64,000 nucleotides of DNA, taken from Candidatus Woesearchaeota archaeon. GTDB lineage: Archaea > Nanobdellota > Nanobdellia > Woesearchaeales > DSVV01. Where the stretch lies: positions 2,554 to 66,553 of the forward strand of contig JABHXF010000009.1 of assembly GCA_018657385.1 (NCBI GenBank). Reading direction: 5' to 3'. Positions 9,379-20,337 of this stretch are shown in pieces (the stretch's first letter is position 1; the number at the start of each line of letters is the position of its first letter). The notes beneath the pieces were generated by a model, which worked only from the letters and a program-made list of their open reading frames with translations, was not told the origin of the DNA and did no database searches. The translations under genes were made by a program, and so were the position numbers.

Positions 9379-10782
9379 ATGGCAAAGAAAACATCAAAGC
9401 TTCAAAAGCCTGCAAAATATAATGGTTTAGTTAAAGCTAGAAATCAAATATTAGATGCAATTGGTTTAACACCAGGTCATATTACAACTCTTCCAATGTA
9501 TCAAGCTATGGAAGAAATTTCCACAATGACATCTGGAAGATTAATGTATGAATTTCTTGATTATGCTAATGAAAATAAATGGGGTCATACATTAGATGAT
9601 GTTATGGGTGAAGCTCAATCATATCAAGATTTTGTATTAGGAAGAATTGATACTGGAAGAGATGTTCTTGGAGGGATAGTTAATTCTTTAGTTGAAATAG
9701 TAGGTATGAGAAAAAAGAATTTAAGATTAGAAAGATATAGTTCTGCAGGAAGTATGTTAAAAGAAATTTTTATGTTCTTAAACGAAGATCAGCCAGAAAA
9801 CTCAAGAAGAGGAATTATTAAAAGTCTGTGCAGATCAAAAAACGAAGGGGAAAATGAATTAGGAGAAAGCATGCTTGAACTTATCAAACTTGCAAGAACT
9901 ACTAAATTTGATGAAGATGGAAAAATAATCAAAAGTCCTGGTGGATATGTTGGAAATCTTATGAGTTCTCCTACAAAAGTTGAAGTATTATATGATTCAT
10001 TAAATAAAGATGTATGTTTCCAAATTTTTAGAAGAAAAAGTAATGTGAGAATTGCTGAAAAACTTGCTTATAGAATAGTAATTGCAGAAGAAGCACTTTA
10101 TGATCTATTATTTAATTTTTCATCATTTGAAAAACAAGCAAAACTTTATCCAAAATATAAAAACAGTACAAATTCAGAAGAAAGAATAAAAGCAAGAAGA
10201 TATAAACTATATGATCAAGTTTATAGAGCAATTAAAAAATCAAGATCACCTGGTAAAACAAATTTTCAAAAAGCATTTGATACATTTTGTAAAGTATATA
10301 AAGATTTTATTATTGATGATTTTTTTGGAGTGAAAATTGGTACAAGAACAAGAAATGCAGCCCTAAGAGTTTATAATCAATTAAGTCCAATACATGCAAC
10401 ATCATATGAATCAATACCTAATTGGAAACCTGGAGAAGGTATTACATTAGAAAGTAAAATACCTGGTTATACTATAGTTGAAATTGATAATCATGCTTCT
10501 CAAGATAGGTTAAGCTCAATGGTACAAATTGTTTTAAGAAAAGAAGCTTCAGATAAGAATAGAATGCCTGGTCCTGATTTATATGAAATTGTAATTCAAC
10601 CTGTAAAAGATGTAACTTTTGATATGTTCCATCCTGAAATTGGACATTTTAGATATGAAAGTGAGAGAAAAGCTGCTGTTGAAGACTTAAAACCATGGAA
10701 TAAAAAAAGATTTGAAGCATATAGTACATACTTAGAAAAAATGTTTGAAAAAGTTACACCACAAAATATTTTAGAATTGTAA
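9379..10782 (+). CDS. hypothetical protein (467 aa)
   Basis: Long ORF preceded by a repeat-rich 550-bp non-coding region. Confidence 0.6.
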   Translation: MAKKTSKLQKPAKYNGLVKARNQILDAIGLTPGHITTLPMYQAMEEISTMTSGRLMYEFLDYANENKWGHTLDDVMGEAQSYQDFVLGRIDTGRDVLGGIVNSLVEIVGMRKKNLRLERYSSAGSMLKEIFMFLNEDQPENSRRGIIKSLCRSKNEGENELGESMLELIKLARTTKFDEDGKIIKSPGGYVGNLMSSPTKVEVLYDSLNKDVCFQIFRRKSNVRIAEKLAYRIVIAEEALYDLLFNFSSFEKQAKLYPKYKNSTNSEERIKARRYKLYDQVYRAIKKSRSPGKTNFQKAFDTFCKVYKDFIIDDFFGVKIGTRTRNAALRVYNQLSPIHATSYESIPNWKPGEGITLESKIPGYTIVEIDNHASQDRLSSMVQIVLRKEASDKNRMPGPDLYEIVIQPVKDVTFDMFHPEIGHFRYESERKAAVEDLKPWNKKRFEAYSTYLEKMFEKVTPQNILEL

Positions 10783-10811
10783 TTTTTATTTATTTATTTC
10801 TTAGCTATTAA

Positions 10812-11987
10812 TCATTTCAATAATAATATTGCATCACCAAAACTAAAGAATCTATATTTTTCTTTAATTGCAGTGTTGTAAATATTTAACATGTTTTCTC
10901 GTCCCCAATAAGCACTTAACATCATTAATAATGTTGATTTAGGTAGATGAAAATTAGTTATAAACCCTTTAATTTCATTCTTTAATTTAAATTCATAACC
11001 AGGATAAATAAATATTTTACTCCATCCTTCACCTGGTTTTATTATTACTTTTGTTTTTCCACTTTCTACATTTTTATTTTTTTCTTTCTCATCAACAACT
11101 GCAACAGTTTCTAAAGTTTTTAATGTTGTAGTACCAACAACAAATAACCTACCTTGCCTATTATTAATTGTATCTGCTGCTTCTTTATCCACAATATAAT
11201 ATTCAGGATGCATTTTATGTTTAGTAATGTCATCATATCTTACAGGTTTGAATGTTTCAAAACTTACATGTAAACAAATTGTAACTATTTTAATTCCTTT
11301 TTTTTTAATTTCATCTAAAAGCTCGTCTGTAAAATGTAAACCTGCAGTTGGTGCTGCAATACTTCCTGCTATTCTTTTTTCTTTAATTAATTTATCATCA
11401 ATTAATTTATTTTGTTTTATTTTTTCATTTATTTTGTCTTTACTATAAACTGTTTGATACCTTTTAAAATCTCCTTTATAATTTTCAATGTATGGTGGTA
11501 GAGGTAAATTTCCAAACTCATTTAATTTTTTTTCTAATTCTTTCTCACTAAGATCATCAGTGAATTTGATTGTATACCTTCCACCTATTTTATCAATTAC
11601 TTTAAATGTTAATTTTTCTTCTGGGTTATTTTTGTTAATAATAAACTCCTCATGTCCTTTTTGTGTATTTGTTGATTTAATTCTTGCTTCAAATTGTTTA
11701 GAAGAAATTTTGTTTACTAAAATTAAATCAATTTTCCCTCCTGAAACTTTTTGACCTTGAAAATGATAAGGTAAAACTTTAGTATTATTAACAACTAATA
11801 CGTCTCCTTTTTTTAAGTAATCAAGAATATTATGAAAATGTTTGTGTTGAATATTATCATTTGTTTGTCTTGTTTTATTTTCGACTTTTCTTTCAACAAC
11901 CATTAATCTAGATTCATCTCTTTTATCAACAGGAAATTGTGCAATTAATTCCTTTGGCAAATTATAGTCAAAATCAGATTGTTTCAT
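10812..11987 (-). CDS. queA: S-adenosylmethionine:tRNA ribosyltransferase-isomerase (QueA)
   Basis: N-terminus FDYNLPKELIAQFPVDKRDESRLMVV, plus YQTVYS, GSIAAPTAGLHFT, VGTTTLKTLE, ITNFHLPKSTLLMMLSA and YRFFSFGDAILL. These are the QueA family signature blocks. Confidence 0.85.
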   Translation of the reverse strand: MKQSDFDYNLPKELIAQFPVDKRDESRLMVVERKVENKTRQTNDNIQHKHFHNILDYLKKGDVLVVNNTKVLPYHFQGQKVSGGKIDLILVNKISSKQFEARIKSTNTQKGHEEFIINKNNPEEKLTFKVIDKIGGRYTIKFTDDLSEKELEKKLNEFGNLPLPPYIENYKGDFKRYQTVYSKDKINEKIKQNKLIDDKLIKEKRIAGSIAAPTAGLHFTDELLDEIKKKGIKIVTICLHVSFETFKPVRYDDITKHKMHPEYYIVDKEAADTINNRQGRLFVVGTTTLKTLETVAVVDEKEKNKNVESGKTKVIIKPGEGWSKIFIYPGYEFKLKNEIKGFITNFHLPKSTLLMMLSAYWGRENMLNIYNTAIKEKYRFFSFGDAILLLK

Positions 11988-12093
11988 ATTGTTAAGAAAA
12001 AGGTTTTGTTTTATATGTTTAATTGATAATATTCTTAGACTATCCTATAGTAATAATTAATTAAATATATATTATATTTTAATATAATAAACC

Positions 12094-12108
12094 AAAAGGT
12101 TTATATAT
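12094..12108 (+). promoter_or_regulatory. BRE/TATA-like promoter of locus 1 (AAAAGGTTTATATAT)
   Basis: About 52 nt upstream of ATG 12159. The 16-mer CCAAAAGGTTTATATA (12092..12107) is identical to the complement of 50826..50841 upstream of locus 2. Confidence 0.55.
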
Positions 12109-12158
12109 GACTTTACAAAGAGTAGGTATATTGAGTGGGTTAAAAAAGGGTGTATTTA

Positions 12159-15100
12159 ATGAATAAACAATTAGAGTACATTGCAATGTTTATGGCGCTA
12201 TTAGTTATTTCTCTCCCATTTTGTATCTCTTCAGTATATGCTGACCAAGCAAATATAATCAAAAAAGCAACTGTTTATGATGAAAATGATGTTGAAGGAG
12301 CAGTAAATGCTAAAGAAGGTACAATATTTGTTGAAGTTGAACTTGAATCAGGAGAAGAATTATTAAAAGAAGAAATATTCTATGAAAGTGATAATAATTT
12401 CTTAGGTACTATTAATAATATATTTGATTATTGTACAGGTGGAGTATGTGTTTTTTCCCATCCAATATATTCTAAAAATAATGGCCAATTTACTGCAAAT
12501 ATTAAAGTTGATACAATTGACACTAATGAGCAAGATAGTATTTCTGTTATATTTTGTGCAGATGATGTTCCACCAACAGTATTAATAAAAAGTGTTAAAC
12601 AACAAAAATCAAGTATTGAAATTGCATATAGTGTAGAAGACAATGTTGGCAATAATAAACAATGTGCACAAGGGATTAAAGAAGCTGTTTTATTAATTGA
12701 TGGAATCCCACAAGGAGTTAATAGTTATGATGGTGATAGTAAATCTGAGAGTGGAGTATTTACTAAAAGTATTTCAGAGTTAAGTGAATCTGAAGAATTA
12801 GTTGGTAGTATTAGTATTGTTGTACAAGGAATAGATGTTCTTGGAAATAAAGGAGAAAGTAATACAAAAACAAAAAATTTTGATTCTGCTAATCCTGAAA
12901 TATTAGCAGATACTTTAGCTGTTACAGATGAATTAGGTAACCCATTAGATCACATAGCAGGATCATTAGAAGGAGATGATTATGTTACAGTTATTAATAT
13001 TATGGTAGACATATTAGAAGATGATCTAAAATCTGCAGAAGCTGATTTATCAGGAATTACTTTAGAAATGGATGATAATACAGTTAAGGCAGAATGCACT
13101 AAAGATCAAACTCTTGAAGGAACAATTAATCATTGTGTATGGTCAGAAGTTAAGTTTGATGGAAAAGCTCAAGGAAATATTAAGATTGTTGCAAAAGATA
13201 AAGTTGGCAATAAAGTAACAGTTGAAAAAACTTTACCTATTACTAAAATAGAAGGTGGACCTGTTATTGATTCTATATTTATAGTAGGACAAGAAGGAAT
13301 GAGTAAGTCATATGTTAAAGATGAATTTGATGTAGGTATAAGATTAGCTGATCCTGTTGGATTTAATATAAGCAAACAAATTTATTTGAAAGGGAGTGGT
13401 GTTACAGGATTAAGTGATGCTGAAAGTAGTTTAGGGAAAAAACCAACAAAATGTATTGAACCTGTCCCAGGAACATGGGAATGTTATTTTGAAAAGTTGA
13501 AATCAACTAATGATAAAGAAGGAGTCTTAATAATTAATCCAAAAACTAAAAATGATCTTAATCAAAAAGTAAATATTGAAGGTTCAGCAATGACTTCATT
13601 AGAATTTATTATAGATAAATCACCTCCAACTTTAGTTGGCTTTAAACCAAACACACCTGATAAAATAACAGCTGAAGCAGTACAGAAAAAGAGTGGTACA
13701 GATTATAGTGAATTCCATGTTTATGAATCATTAGATTGTCCAACATATGAACAATCTTTAGACATAATAATGCTTATTGCAGATTATAACAAACCAAATA
13801 TTATTGCTGATGTCAGCTCAATTTCTTCAAAAAATATTGTTAAAGGTCAATGTAGTCAAGTTGATCAACAAGATTATCCTTATGCTGAATATAGCGTGCT
13901 AACAAATGGTTTTTTGTATGAATGTGATATTAGTATTGGTGAGATAAGACCTGCTGAGCAAAAAAATAACCCTATTTACATTAATGTAACAGATCCTGCA
14001 GGAAATATGATTATTGGTGGTGATGAAGATCAAGGTCTTACTTATAATGTTGACTTATGTACAACTGATTATGCTTTATTGCCACCTGATGAAATTGAAT
14101 ATATCAAAGTTGAACCTTATGATTCAACTTCAGATAGTTTAAAAGTTATGGCAATTTCATTAAGAAATTCTGATTATCCTTTAATGGTTAATATTGTTTA
14201 TAAGTTTAGAAGTAGTAATACTAAAATTTTATCTCAATCAATTACTTGTGATGGTGCATCAAGTATTGTATTCCCACATGGAGATAATGTAGTTGGTAAA
14301 TCTGGAGGAGATGAAGAGAAATTTGCAATTATCAAACTTAAAAAGAAAAAAACAGATGAAGATGACCCTAATGCAGATTGGGATCCTGAAACAGGGGAAG
14401 CAATAACTGATGGTTATGGATTAGATTGTACTGCACAACTTAGTATAAGACAAGGAGAAACAATTTATAGTCAATTGGAAGAAGAGAAGTTTGCATTAGA
14501 TATTGACCTAGTCGAGCCTGCTTTAGGTGGTTCTGAAGCAAGTGCTGATGCAAAATTCAAAGCACTTGAATATGAAATTGATAATCAACAAAGTGAAATT
14601 GATAAATGGCAAGATGTTGTAACTACATTTGATTGGATTTGTGGAATAGCAGAAGTATTAGGTATTGTTGCAACATTATTAAATACTGTAAAATCCACAG
14701 TACAAGGAATTTTAATGTTAATTCAGTGGACTGGTAATTCAGATTCAGCATGGAATAGTATTTGTACTGTTGTTAATAAAATAGTTTCAGCAATTAACCA
14801 ATTCATTTGGCCAACTAATTCCTTGCCAATTCCTCCACAAATAGGTCATATTTTCATGTATGTTTGTGCTTATTTCCATTGCACTTTTTCAGATCCTGAA
14901 TTCTGGGGAAGTATGGCTGGAGATTTAGTAAGTGCTGCATTAACTCCTTTAGCTGGAGCAATGTACGAAAATGCTGATAAGAAAGTAACAGAAGTTCCTA
15001 AAACAGAAGAGCAAGTAAATAAAGAAATGAAACAGTATGAAGAGAGTAATAAAGGCGATTTAGATAAAATGGACCCAGAACAAAAAGAAAAACATTTAGC

Positions 15101-16190
15101 TGATCTTAAATCACAAGTTGCAAAAGAAAAAACATTAGTTGTAACTGATATTGCAGATGCGGGTACTAAAAATGATGATTGGGATGAGAACGTTTTTGGT
15201 GAAAGTAAAAAAGATATTGAAGGCGGAACTATGATTGATTCAGAGATTAAACCAGGTGTCCCAAAAACAATAGGTGGTGATAAAGGATACTCTACAGGAG
15301 CTAAACAAAGCTTTGGAGATGTATATGGGCAACAAATGCTTAATAATTTCAAAGGAGTATATGCACCATCAATTCATAATTATTATACTACAGCAACTGG
15401 TGCTTATTCATTGACAGACCCAATTATGGGATTTGTAGGATTAACATTGGATGAAGAGGAAAAAAGTGCATGGTGGTTTGAATCCCTATCTCATCAAGAT
15501 GTTTATCATGGTTCAGGTTCATGGGGAGATGAGAAAAAAGCAATGGACAAACAAGTAAATAGATATTATGATGATTATGGAGAAGGAATAACATCAAATC
15601 ACCTAGAAGAGATTGACAAAGGAGTTAGCAAATATGTAGAAGATTTAGACATATTTAATCCATATAGGGTACAATCAATAGGTAATTTGTGTCCTAAAGC
15701 ATTATTATTTGAAGCAAAAAAACATAAACAACTATTATGTGTTAAAAAATTGTGTTATGATGCTGCAGCTGAGATTGGAAGCAACATGGCAAGATGTGAT
15801 AATGCATATAAAGTTCATGAATGTTTATATATAAAAAGTGCAGCAGAAACATTGCTTACTGCTGATAAAATAGAAAGTCTATGGTGGACAGCAATGGGGA
15901 CTAGTGCTGGATGGTCAGCTTTGTATGCTGCAGGCTCATTTGTACTTATTACCCTGCCATGTTATGATTATTATAAAGTTTCATCATCTACATCAGATTG
16001 TACTAAAGGTGTTAATGCAGGTGGAATTAGGTCTGCTTATTGTGGACTTGCAATGAGTGGGACTGCTATTTATGAATTTATTAATGTAATAACTGATTGG
16101 GAAGATGTAGGGGCAAAGTATTGGGAAAACTGGCTTGAAGGAGATGCTGCAGATGTTAAAAATTATTGTAAACTTGCGGATGTGGATTAA
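12159..16190 (+). CDS. giant secreted protein, family B (B1). Signal peptide, multiple Ig-like-looking segments, C-terminal Cys-rich hydrophobic module.
   Basis: ATG 12159 follows AAAGGGTG (the track starts at GTG 12150). Signal ...LPFCISSVYA/DQ with an AXA-type site. Recurring D-x-x-x-P-P segment boundaries. C-terminal 450 aa have several hydrophobic stretches and many Cys. Collinear with 44694..48458. Confidence 0.75.
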   Translation: MNKQLEYIAMFMALLVISLPFCISSVYADQANIIKKATVYDENDVEGAVNAKEGTIFVEVELESGEELLKEEIFYESDNNFLGTINNIFDYCTGGVCVFSHPIYSKNNGQFTANIKVDTIDTNEQDSISVIFCADDVPPTVLIKSVKQQKSSIEIAYSVEDNVGNNKQCAQGIKEAVLLIDGIPQGVNSYDGDSKSESGVFTKSISELSESEELVGSISIVVQGIDVLGNKGESNTKTKNFDSANPEILADTLAVTDELGNPLDHIAGSLEGDDYVTVINIMVDILEDDLKSAEADLSGITLEMDDNTVKAECTKDQTLEGTINHCVWSEVKFDGKAQGNIKIVAKDKVGNKVTVEKTLPITKIEGGPVIDSIFIVGQEGMSKSYVKDEFDVGIRLADPVGFNISKQIYLKGSGVTGLSDAESSLGKKPTKCIEPVPGTWECYFEKLKSTNDKEGVLIINPKTKNDLNQKVNIEGSAMTSLEFIIDKSPPTLVGFKPNTPDKITAEAVQKKSGTDYSEFHVYESLDCPTYEQSLDIIMLIADYNKPNIIADVSSISSKNIVKGQCSQVDQQDYPYAEYSVLTNGFLYECDISIGEIRPAEQKNNPIYINVTDPAGNMIIGGDEDQGLTYNVDLCTTDYALLPPDEIEYIKVEPYDSTSDSLKVMAISLRNSDYPLMVNIVYKFRSSNTKILSQSITCDGASSIVFPHGDNVVGKSGGDEEKFAIIKLKKKKTDEDDPNADWDPETGEAITDGYGLDCTAQLSIRQGETIYSQLEEEKFALDIDLVEPALGGSEASADAKFKALEYEIDNQQSEIDKWQDVVTTFDWICGIAEVLGIVATLLNTVKSTVQGILMLIQWTGNSDSAWNSICTVVNKIVSAINQFIWPTNSLPIPPQIGHIFMYVCAYFHCTFSDPEFWGSMAGDLVSAALTPLAGAMYENADKKVTEVPKTEEQVNKEMKQYEESNKGDLDKMDPEQKEKHLADLKSQVAKEKTLVVTDIADAGTKNDDWDENVFGESKKDIEGGTMIDSEIKPGVPKTIGGDKGYSTGAKQSFGDVYGQQMLNNFKGVYAPSIHNYYTTATGAYSLTDPIMGFVGLTLDEEEKSAWWFESLSHQDVYHGSGSWGDEKKAMDKQVNRYYDDYGEGITSNHLEEIDKGVSKYVEDLDIFNPYRVQSIGNLCPKALLFEAKKHKQLLCVKKLCYDAAAEIGSNMARCDNAYKVHECLYIKSAAETLLTADKIESLWWTAMGTSAGWSALYAAGSFVLITLPCYDYYKVSSSTSDCTKGVNAGGIRSAYCGLAMSGTAIYEFINVITDWEDVGAKYWENWLEGDAADVKNYCKLADVD

Positions 16191-16192
16191 AA

Positions 16193-16852
16193 ATGAAAAC
16201 AAGGATTAAAAAAAGTGTAATATTATGTTTGCTTATAATTTGTTTTAGTTTGTTCTCTACTTTAACTTACCCAATAACAGATCAAAAACCTAGCTCAAAT
16301 GATATGTATCCAACTACTGAAAATGATTTGCAATCAGCAGGATGGGGTGTTTATCCAGTTATTCCAGGATTTTATGATGTAGCTGATTGGGAAATTGCTG
16401 TATGTATGTATTATACTGGGCCAGGTAAAACTGTAGACAAAACTTTTACTGGAATAGGACTCTCTAAAGATTATCCTGGACAAGTTGATTTTATAGATGC
16501 ATATAGAGAAACAACATATGATCCTGATACAGATGCTGACACTAACTTATATACTGTTTGCTGGGGAGTTATTCCTTTTGAAGATTCAGTTACATTTAAT
16601 GTAATATTAAAAGGTGATGGATCACCAGTAAAAGTAACTAAATCTCCAAGAACAGCTCAAGAAATATCTGGAGATGTTGATTGTGATACTGTAATTGATG
16701 ATAAAATTTTTACAGACGCAGCAATTGTACTCCCAGGAAATACTTTTATTAAAGTACCTGTAGTTGACAAAGAAACAGGTAATCTAGTTACATTAGAAGA
16801 TGAATCTAATACTAATGTAGAATATGATGGTGATATAGACTTAGAAACTTAA
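16193..16852 (+). CDS. secreted protein (219 aa), possible short member of family C
   Basis: Start lies 2 nt after the B1 stop. Has a signal peptide. The motif W-x4-C-x-YY-x-G (ADWEIAVCMYYTGPG) resembles EYWLYDSVCTMDYYNTG in the C-domains of 35572..37899 and 38198..44596. Confidence 0.6.
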   Translation: MKTRIKKSVILCLLIICFSLFSTLTYPITDQKPSSNDMYPTTENDLQSAGWGVYPVIPGFYDVADWEIAVCMYYTGPGKTVDKTFTGIGLSKDYPGQVDFIDAYRETTYDPDTDADTNLYTVCWGVIPFEDSVTFNVILKGDGSPVKVTKSPRTAQEISGDVDCDTVIDDKIFTDAAIVLPGNTFIKVPVVDKETGNLVTLEDESNTNVEYDGDIDLET

Positions 16853-16894
16853 AAAATTAAAAAATAATTCCAATTAAGAGTAAATATTTCAAAA

Positions 16895-17782
16895 ATGAAT
16901 AAAATTAAAAAAAACTTTAAAATATTATTTCAAGATTATTTTGATTCATTTAAAAAAATTAGTTGGAGCTTTATCTTAATGATGATTACTGATTTTTTAT
17001 TTGTAATGTTATTGGTAGTTTTAATAACTTATTCATTTGGTTCTTTATCATCATATTATCAAGAAGCAATACCAGGGTTAGAAGAATATAAAAGTTTGTC
17101 TTTTTCCGAATTAAAAGAAAAAACCCCAGAGATTATCTCAAAAATTGAAGAAAATAAAGAAGAATTAGCAGCATCTGGTGTATATGATAATATTCAAATG
17201 AAAATAATAATGACATTATTATTGTCTGGTCTTCTTTTTTGTCTTTTATCTTCTTTGAGCAGATCAATTGTATGGGCACTAGTTAAAAAAAGCTTTAAAA
17301 AGTTCAATAGATTATTCATTTATAATTTTATATGGATTGTTTTCTGGGTTTTAGTGTTCATATTATTATTACTTATAATAAATCAAGAAACGATCATACA
17401 AGTATCATTATCTTTTATTTTTGTTTATGTTATACTTGCTTTGTTTTTTAGACTTAATTATAATATGAAAATCTATTCAAAAAATTCAATTACCGACGAG
17501 AAAATAAATAAAAATAGATTAATTAAACTTATTTTTTCAAAACCGGCAAAAGATATAATTGGTAGTTTGAAATTTTTTATATATTATTTTATTAGCTTTA
17601 TTTTAATTTTATTAACTTTTTCAATTGTTTTATCTATATCTAACTTATTCCAACGCATTATTATAAGTAATGAATTGATTATTGGCATTATTCAAATTAT
17701 TATAATTCTTGCATTAATTTCATGGGCAAGAATTTATCTAAATATAAGAATCCCATCAATTGTTGGAAAAACTCAAAATTAA
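16895..17782 (+). CDS. polytopic membrane protein, family D (D1)
   Basis: Multiple hydrophobic helices. Shares SIVWALVKKSFKKF and ISWARIYL motifs with GLIWAKIFNKKLDF and FSWAKRYL of 34674..35441. Confidence 0.65.
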   Translation: MNKIKKNFKILFQDYFDSFKKISWSFILMMITDFLFVMLLVVLITYSFGSLSSYYQEAIPGLEEYKSLSFSELKEKTPEIISKIEENKEELAASGVYDNIQMKIIMTLLLSGLLFCLLSSLSRSIVWALVKKSFKKFNRLFIYNFIWIVFWVLVFILLLLIINQETIIQVSLSFIFVYVILALFFRLNYNMKIYSKNSITDEKINKNRLIKLIFSKPAKDIIGSLKFFIYYFISFILILLTFSIVLSISNLFQRIIISNELIIGIIQIIIILALISWARIYLNIRIPSIVGKTQN

Positions 17783-17839
17783 AATTGTCATATTAAAGTT
17801 CATATAATATTAATAAAAACAAAAAAAGAGGAGATTACA

Positions 17840-20227
17840 TTGAGAATTAATTTAAAAAATAAAAAATCACAAGTTGCATTATTCATAATATTAGGGTTAC
17901 TAATATTAATTGGAGCAATTTTTCTAATTTATATTAGATCTACATCTGTAACACCTGAAAAATCATTAAGTATAATACAAGAACAATTACCAAATGATTT
18001 TAAACCTGTACAAACATTAGTTACACAATGTATTACTGATCTTTCAAAAGAAGCAATTATTAAAATTGGCTTAAATGGAGGATACATTGATCCAACAATT
18101 ACACAGTATTCTTCATCGTCATTTAATTTTGAAAAACAAAATCCAACAGAATCAGATGGAATAACAGTTTCTGATGAACATCATGTCCCATATTGGTATC
18201 ATATGCCTTCCCCAAGTAATTGTGAATTTTCAGATTGCTATACTGAACTTGATTATCCTCTTGCTATTTTCATGGAAGAACAAATATCTAAATATGTTGA
18301 TTTTAATCTAAATAATTGCCTTAATGATTTTGAAGCAATTAAAGAAATGGAGATTACTGTTACTCAAATAACAGAACCAGAAACAACAACAATTATTGCA
18401 AAAAATGATATTGTAGTCCAAACAAATTACAAATTAAGCCTTAAGAAAGGTAATTCAAAATCTGAAACAAATTATTATAATGTAATTCATAATTTAGAAA
18501 TGACTGAAATATATATGTTGGCAATTAACATTTTAAGATCTGAAGCAAATCATAGAACATTTGAAAAAATATTATTTAACACCATGAATTATTATATGGG
18601 TGCAGACCAAAACTTATTACCACCATTATATTCAACATTAGGTGAAGCATCATATATTATGTGGATGAAACATGATGTTAAAAATAAGATTGAAGAACTC
18701 ATATATGCATATCTTCCTTTAGTTAGAATTGAAAATACAAGGAATGCTGAATTATTTACATCTGAACAAGTAATTGAAAATAATATATTGAATTTTTTAT
18801 ACTTAAAAAATGATTTAGCTTTTAATAATTATGAGGTCTATTTCCATTATAATCAATGGCCAATCTATTTAGATATAAAACCACATATTGAAGATGGTTC
18901 AATTATAAGGGCTCAAAAAACAGTTTTTAGTTCAAGTATAGATATGATGCCTGATAAAATAATTTCAACATTTGAATCTAGATATGATATTGCATACCCT
19001 ATTTTAGTTGAAGTTAGAGATCCAGATGCATTTGATGGTCAAGGATATAGTTTATTTTTTGCATTAGAAGCAAATATCAAAGAAAATCAAGATATTGCAT
19101 TATATCGAAAATATGGCACACCAGAATGGCCAACAGACGCAGAGTTATCATTAACTGGAGTTGATGTAGAAAAAGTCAAAACTTATGATGAAGATGGTAA
19201 TGAAATGGAATTAGTTACACCACCTAAACCACCAGGAGAAATGTTTTTCTGTGATGAAGCACAAAGAGTTGCACAAGAAGTTAAATTTATTGTTAAAGAA
19301 TCTCATCCAATAAATATCCCAGTAGAAGAAGCAATGATATACTATGTATGTGGTCCTTTTGCAACATGTCTTCTCGGATTAACTGCAGAAGATGGAACAC
19401 TTACTACTAAATTGCCAATGTGTAATGGTGGTGCAGTAAAAGTTGCCTTAAAAGGTTATGATACCAAATATGTTCCTTTTGATTCAGAAGTAGGCTTTGG
19501 TTCTAAAACACAATTAATTGAAATTTACAAACCAATGAGAAAATTAGTTCAATTTCAAATTTTACCCATTCCAGAATTAGAAACATTTGATGCTGATGAG
19601 ATAACCAATAAAATTGAAATTAAAGAAATTATTGATGAAATTTCATTTGTTGAATCAAGTGAAAATTTAGCCTTGGGTCCTGATGATGATTTTAATATGG
19701 GTCTTATGTTAATGTTCATAAAAGAAAAAGAAAATGCTTATGATTCAGAATATATTTTTACAACATACCTTAATTTAAGTAAAAACTCTCCTGAAACAGT
19801 AGTTGAATTAGTTCCTGGAGATTATAGAGCAGAGATTAATTATTTTAATTATTCTGTTCATGAAGTATTAGGAGATAGTATATGTACTAGTGAATGGGCA
19901 GGTACATGTTGGGATAGTAAGTGGGTGGATGGAGTGAATATTAGTACAACTGTTCCAGGAATGGTTTCAATGAATTATGAAAATAATTACATGTTCCATG
20001 TTAAATATGATGATTTAGTAGATGAAGAAAAAGATACATTAATATTTTATATTCCAAAGGGACAATTGCCAGAAAAGATTACAGGGATGGAAATAATGAA
20101 TAAAATTACAGAAGCATCTGATAAATATAGATTATTTATTGAACCAAAATGGATGGACTCAAATGATGTAGAATGGATTATTCCACCAGAACACTGGGCC
20201 CTAGAAGAAGCATATGGTACCTCATAA
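17840..20227 (+). CDS. large extracellular protein with a prepilin/TadG-like N-terminus, family A (A1)
   Basis: TTG start 6 nt after AGAGGAG. N-terminus KNKKSQVALFIILGLLILIGAIFLIYI. Conserved block P-x5-V-x2-C-x8-EAI-x4-G-x2-GGY is shared with 48463..50733 and 32948..34411. Confidence 0.7.
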   Translation: MRINLKNKKSQVALFIILGLLILIGAIFLIYIRSTSVTPEKSLSIIQEQLPNDFKPVQTLVTQCITDLSKEAIIKIGLNGGYIDPTITQYSSSSFNFEKQNPTESDGITVSDEHHVPYWYHMPSPSNCEFSDCYTELDYPLAIFMEEQISKYVDFNLNNCLNDFEAIKEMEITVTQITEPETTTIIAKNDIVVQTNYKLSLKKGNSKSETNYYNVIHNLEMTEIYMLAINILRSEANHRTFEKILFNTMNYYMGADQNLLPPLYSTLGEASYIMWMKHDVKNKIEELIYAYLPLVRIENTRNAELFTSEQVIENNILNFLYLKNDLAFNNYEVYFHYNQWPIYLDIKPHIEDGSIIRAQKTVFSSSIDMMPDKIISTFESRYDIAYPILVEVRDPDAFDGQGYSLFFALEANIKENQDIALYRKYGTPEWPTDAELSLTGVDVEKVKTYDEDGNEMELVTPPKPPGEMFFCDEAQRVAQEVKFIVKESHPINIPVEEAMIYYVCGPFATCLLGLTAEDGTLTTKLPMCNGGAVKVALKGYDTKYVPFDSEVGFGSKTQLIEIYKPMRKLVQFQILPIPELETFDADEITNKIEIKEIIDEISFVESSENLALGPDDDFNMGLMLMFIKEKENAYDSEYIFTTYLNLSKNSPETVVELVPGDYRAEINYFNYSVHEVLGDSICTSEWAGTCWDSKWVDGVNISTTVPGMVSMNYENNYMFHVKYDDLVDEEKDTLIFYIPKGQLPEKITGMEIMNKITEASDKYRLFIEPKWMDSNDVEWIIPPEHWALEEAYGTS

Positions 20228-20337
20228 GAATTTAATTATATTATAATCATTAAATTAGATTATAATAATTATTAAAATAATTAATATAATTTTAAGATGA
20301 TGGGTATAGAATGTAAAATAATAGATACAGAATAAAA

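Noticed and set aside
5706-10800. Intact integrated mobile element or provirus next to tRNA-Arg
   Set aside because: No integrase, capsid, packaging or replication gene is recognisable, and the two att-like copies are only about 70 bp apart. It is kept only as a possible scar.
11227-11754. + strand ORFs antisense to queA
   Set aside because: The queA frame has unmistakable family motifs. The antisense ORFs are low-complexity.
12428-16202. Minus-strand ORFs (12428..12652, 13169..13375, 14870..15352, 15993..16202) within B1
   Set aside because: They lie entirely inside a 4-kb uninterrupted ORF, and their composition is typical of antisense translation.
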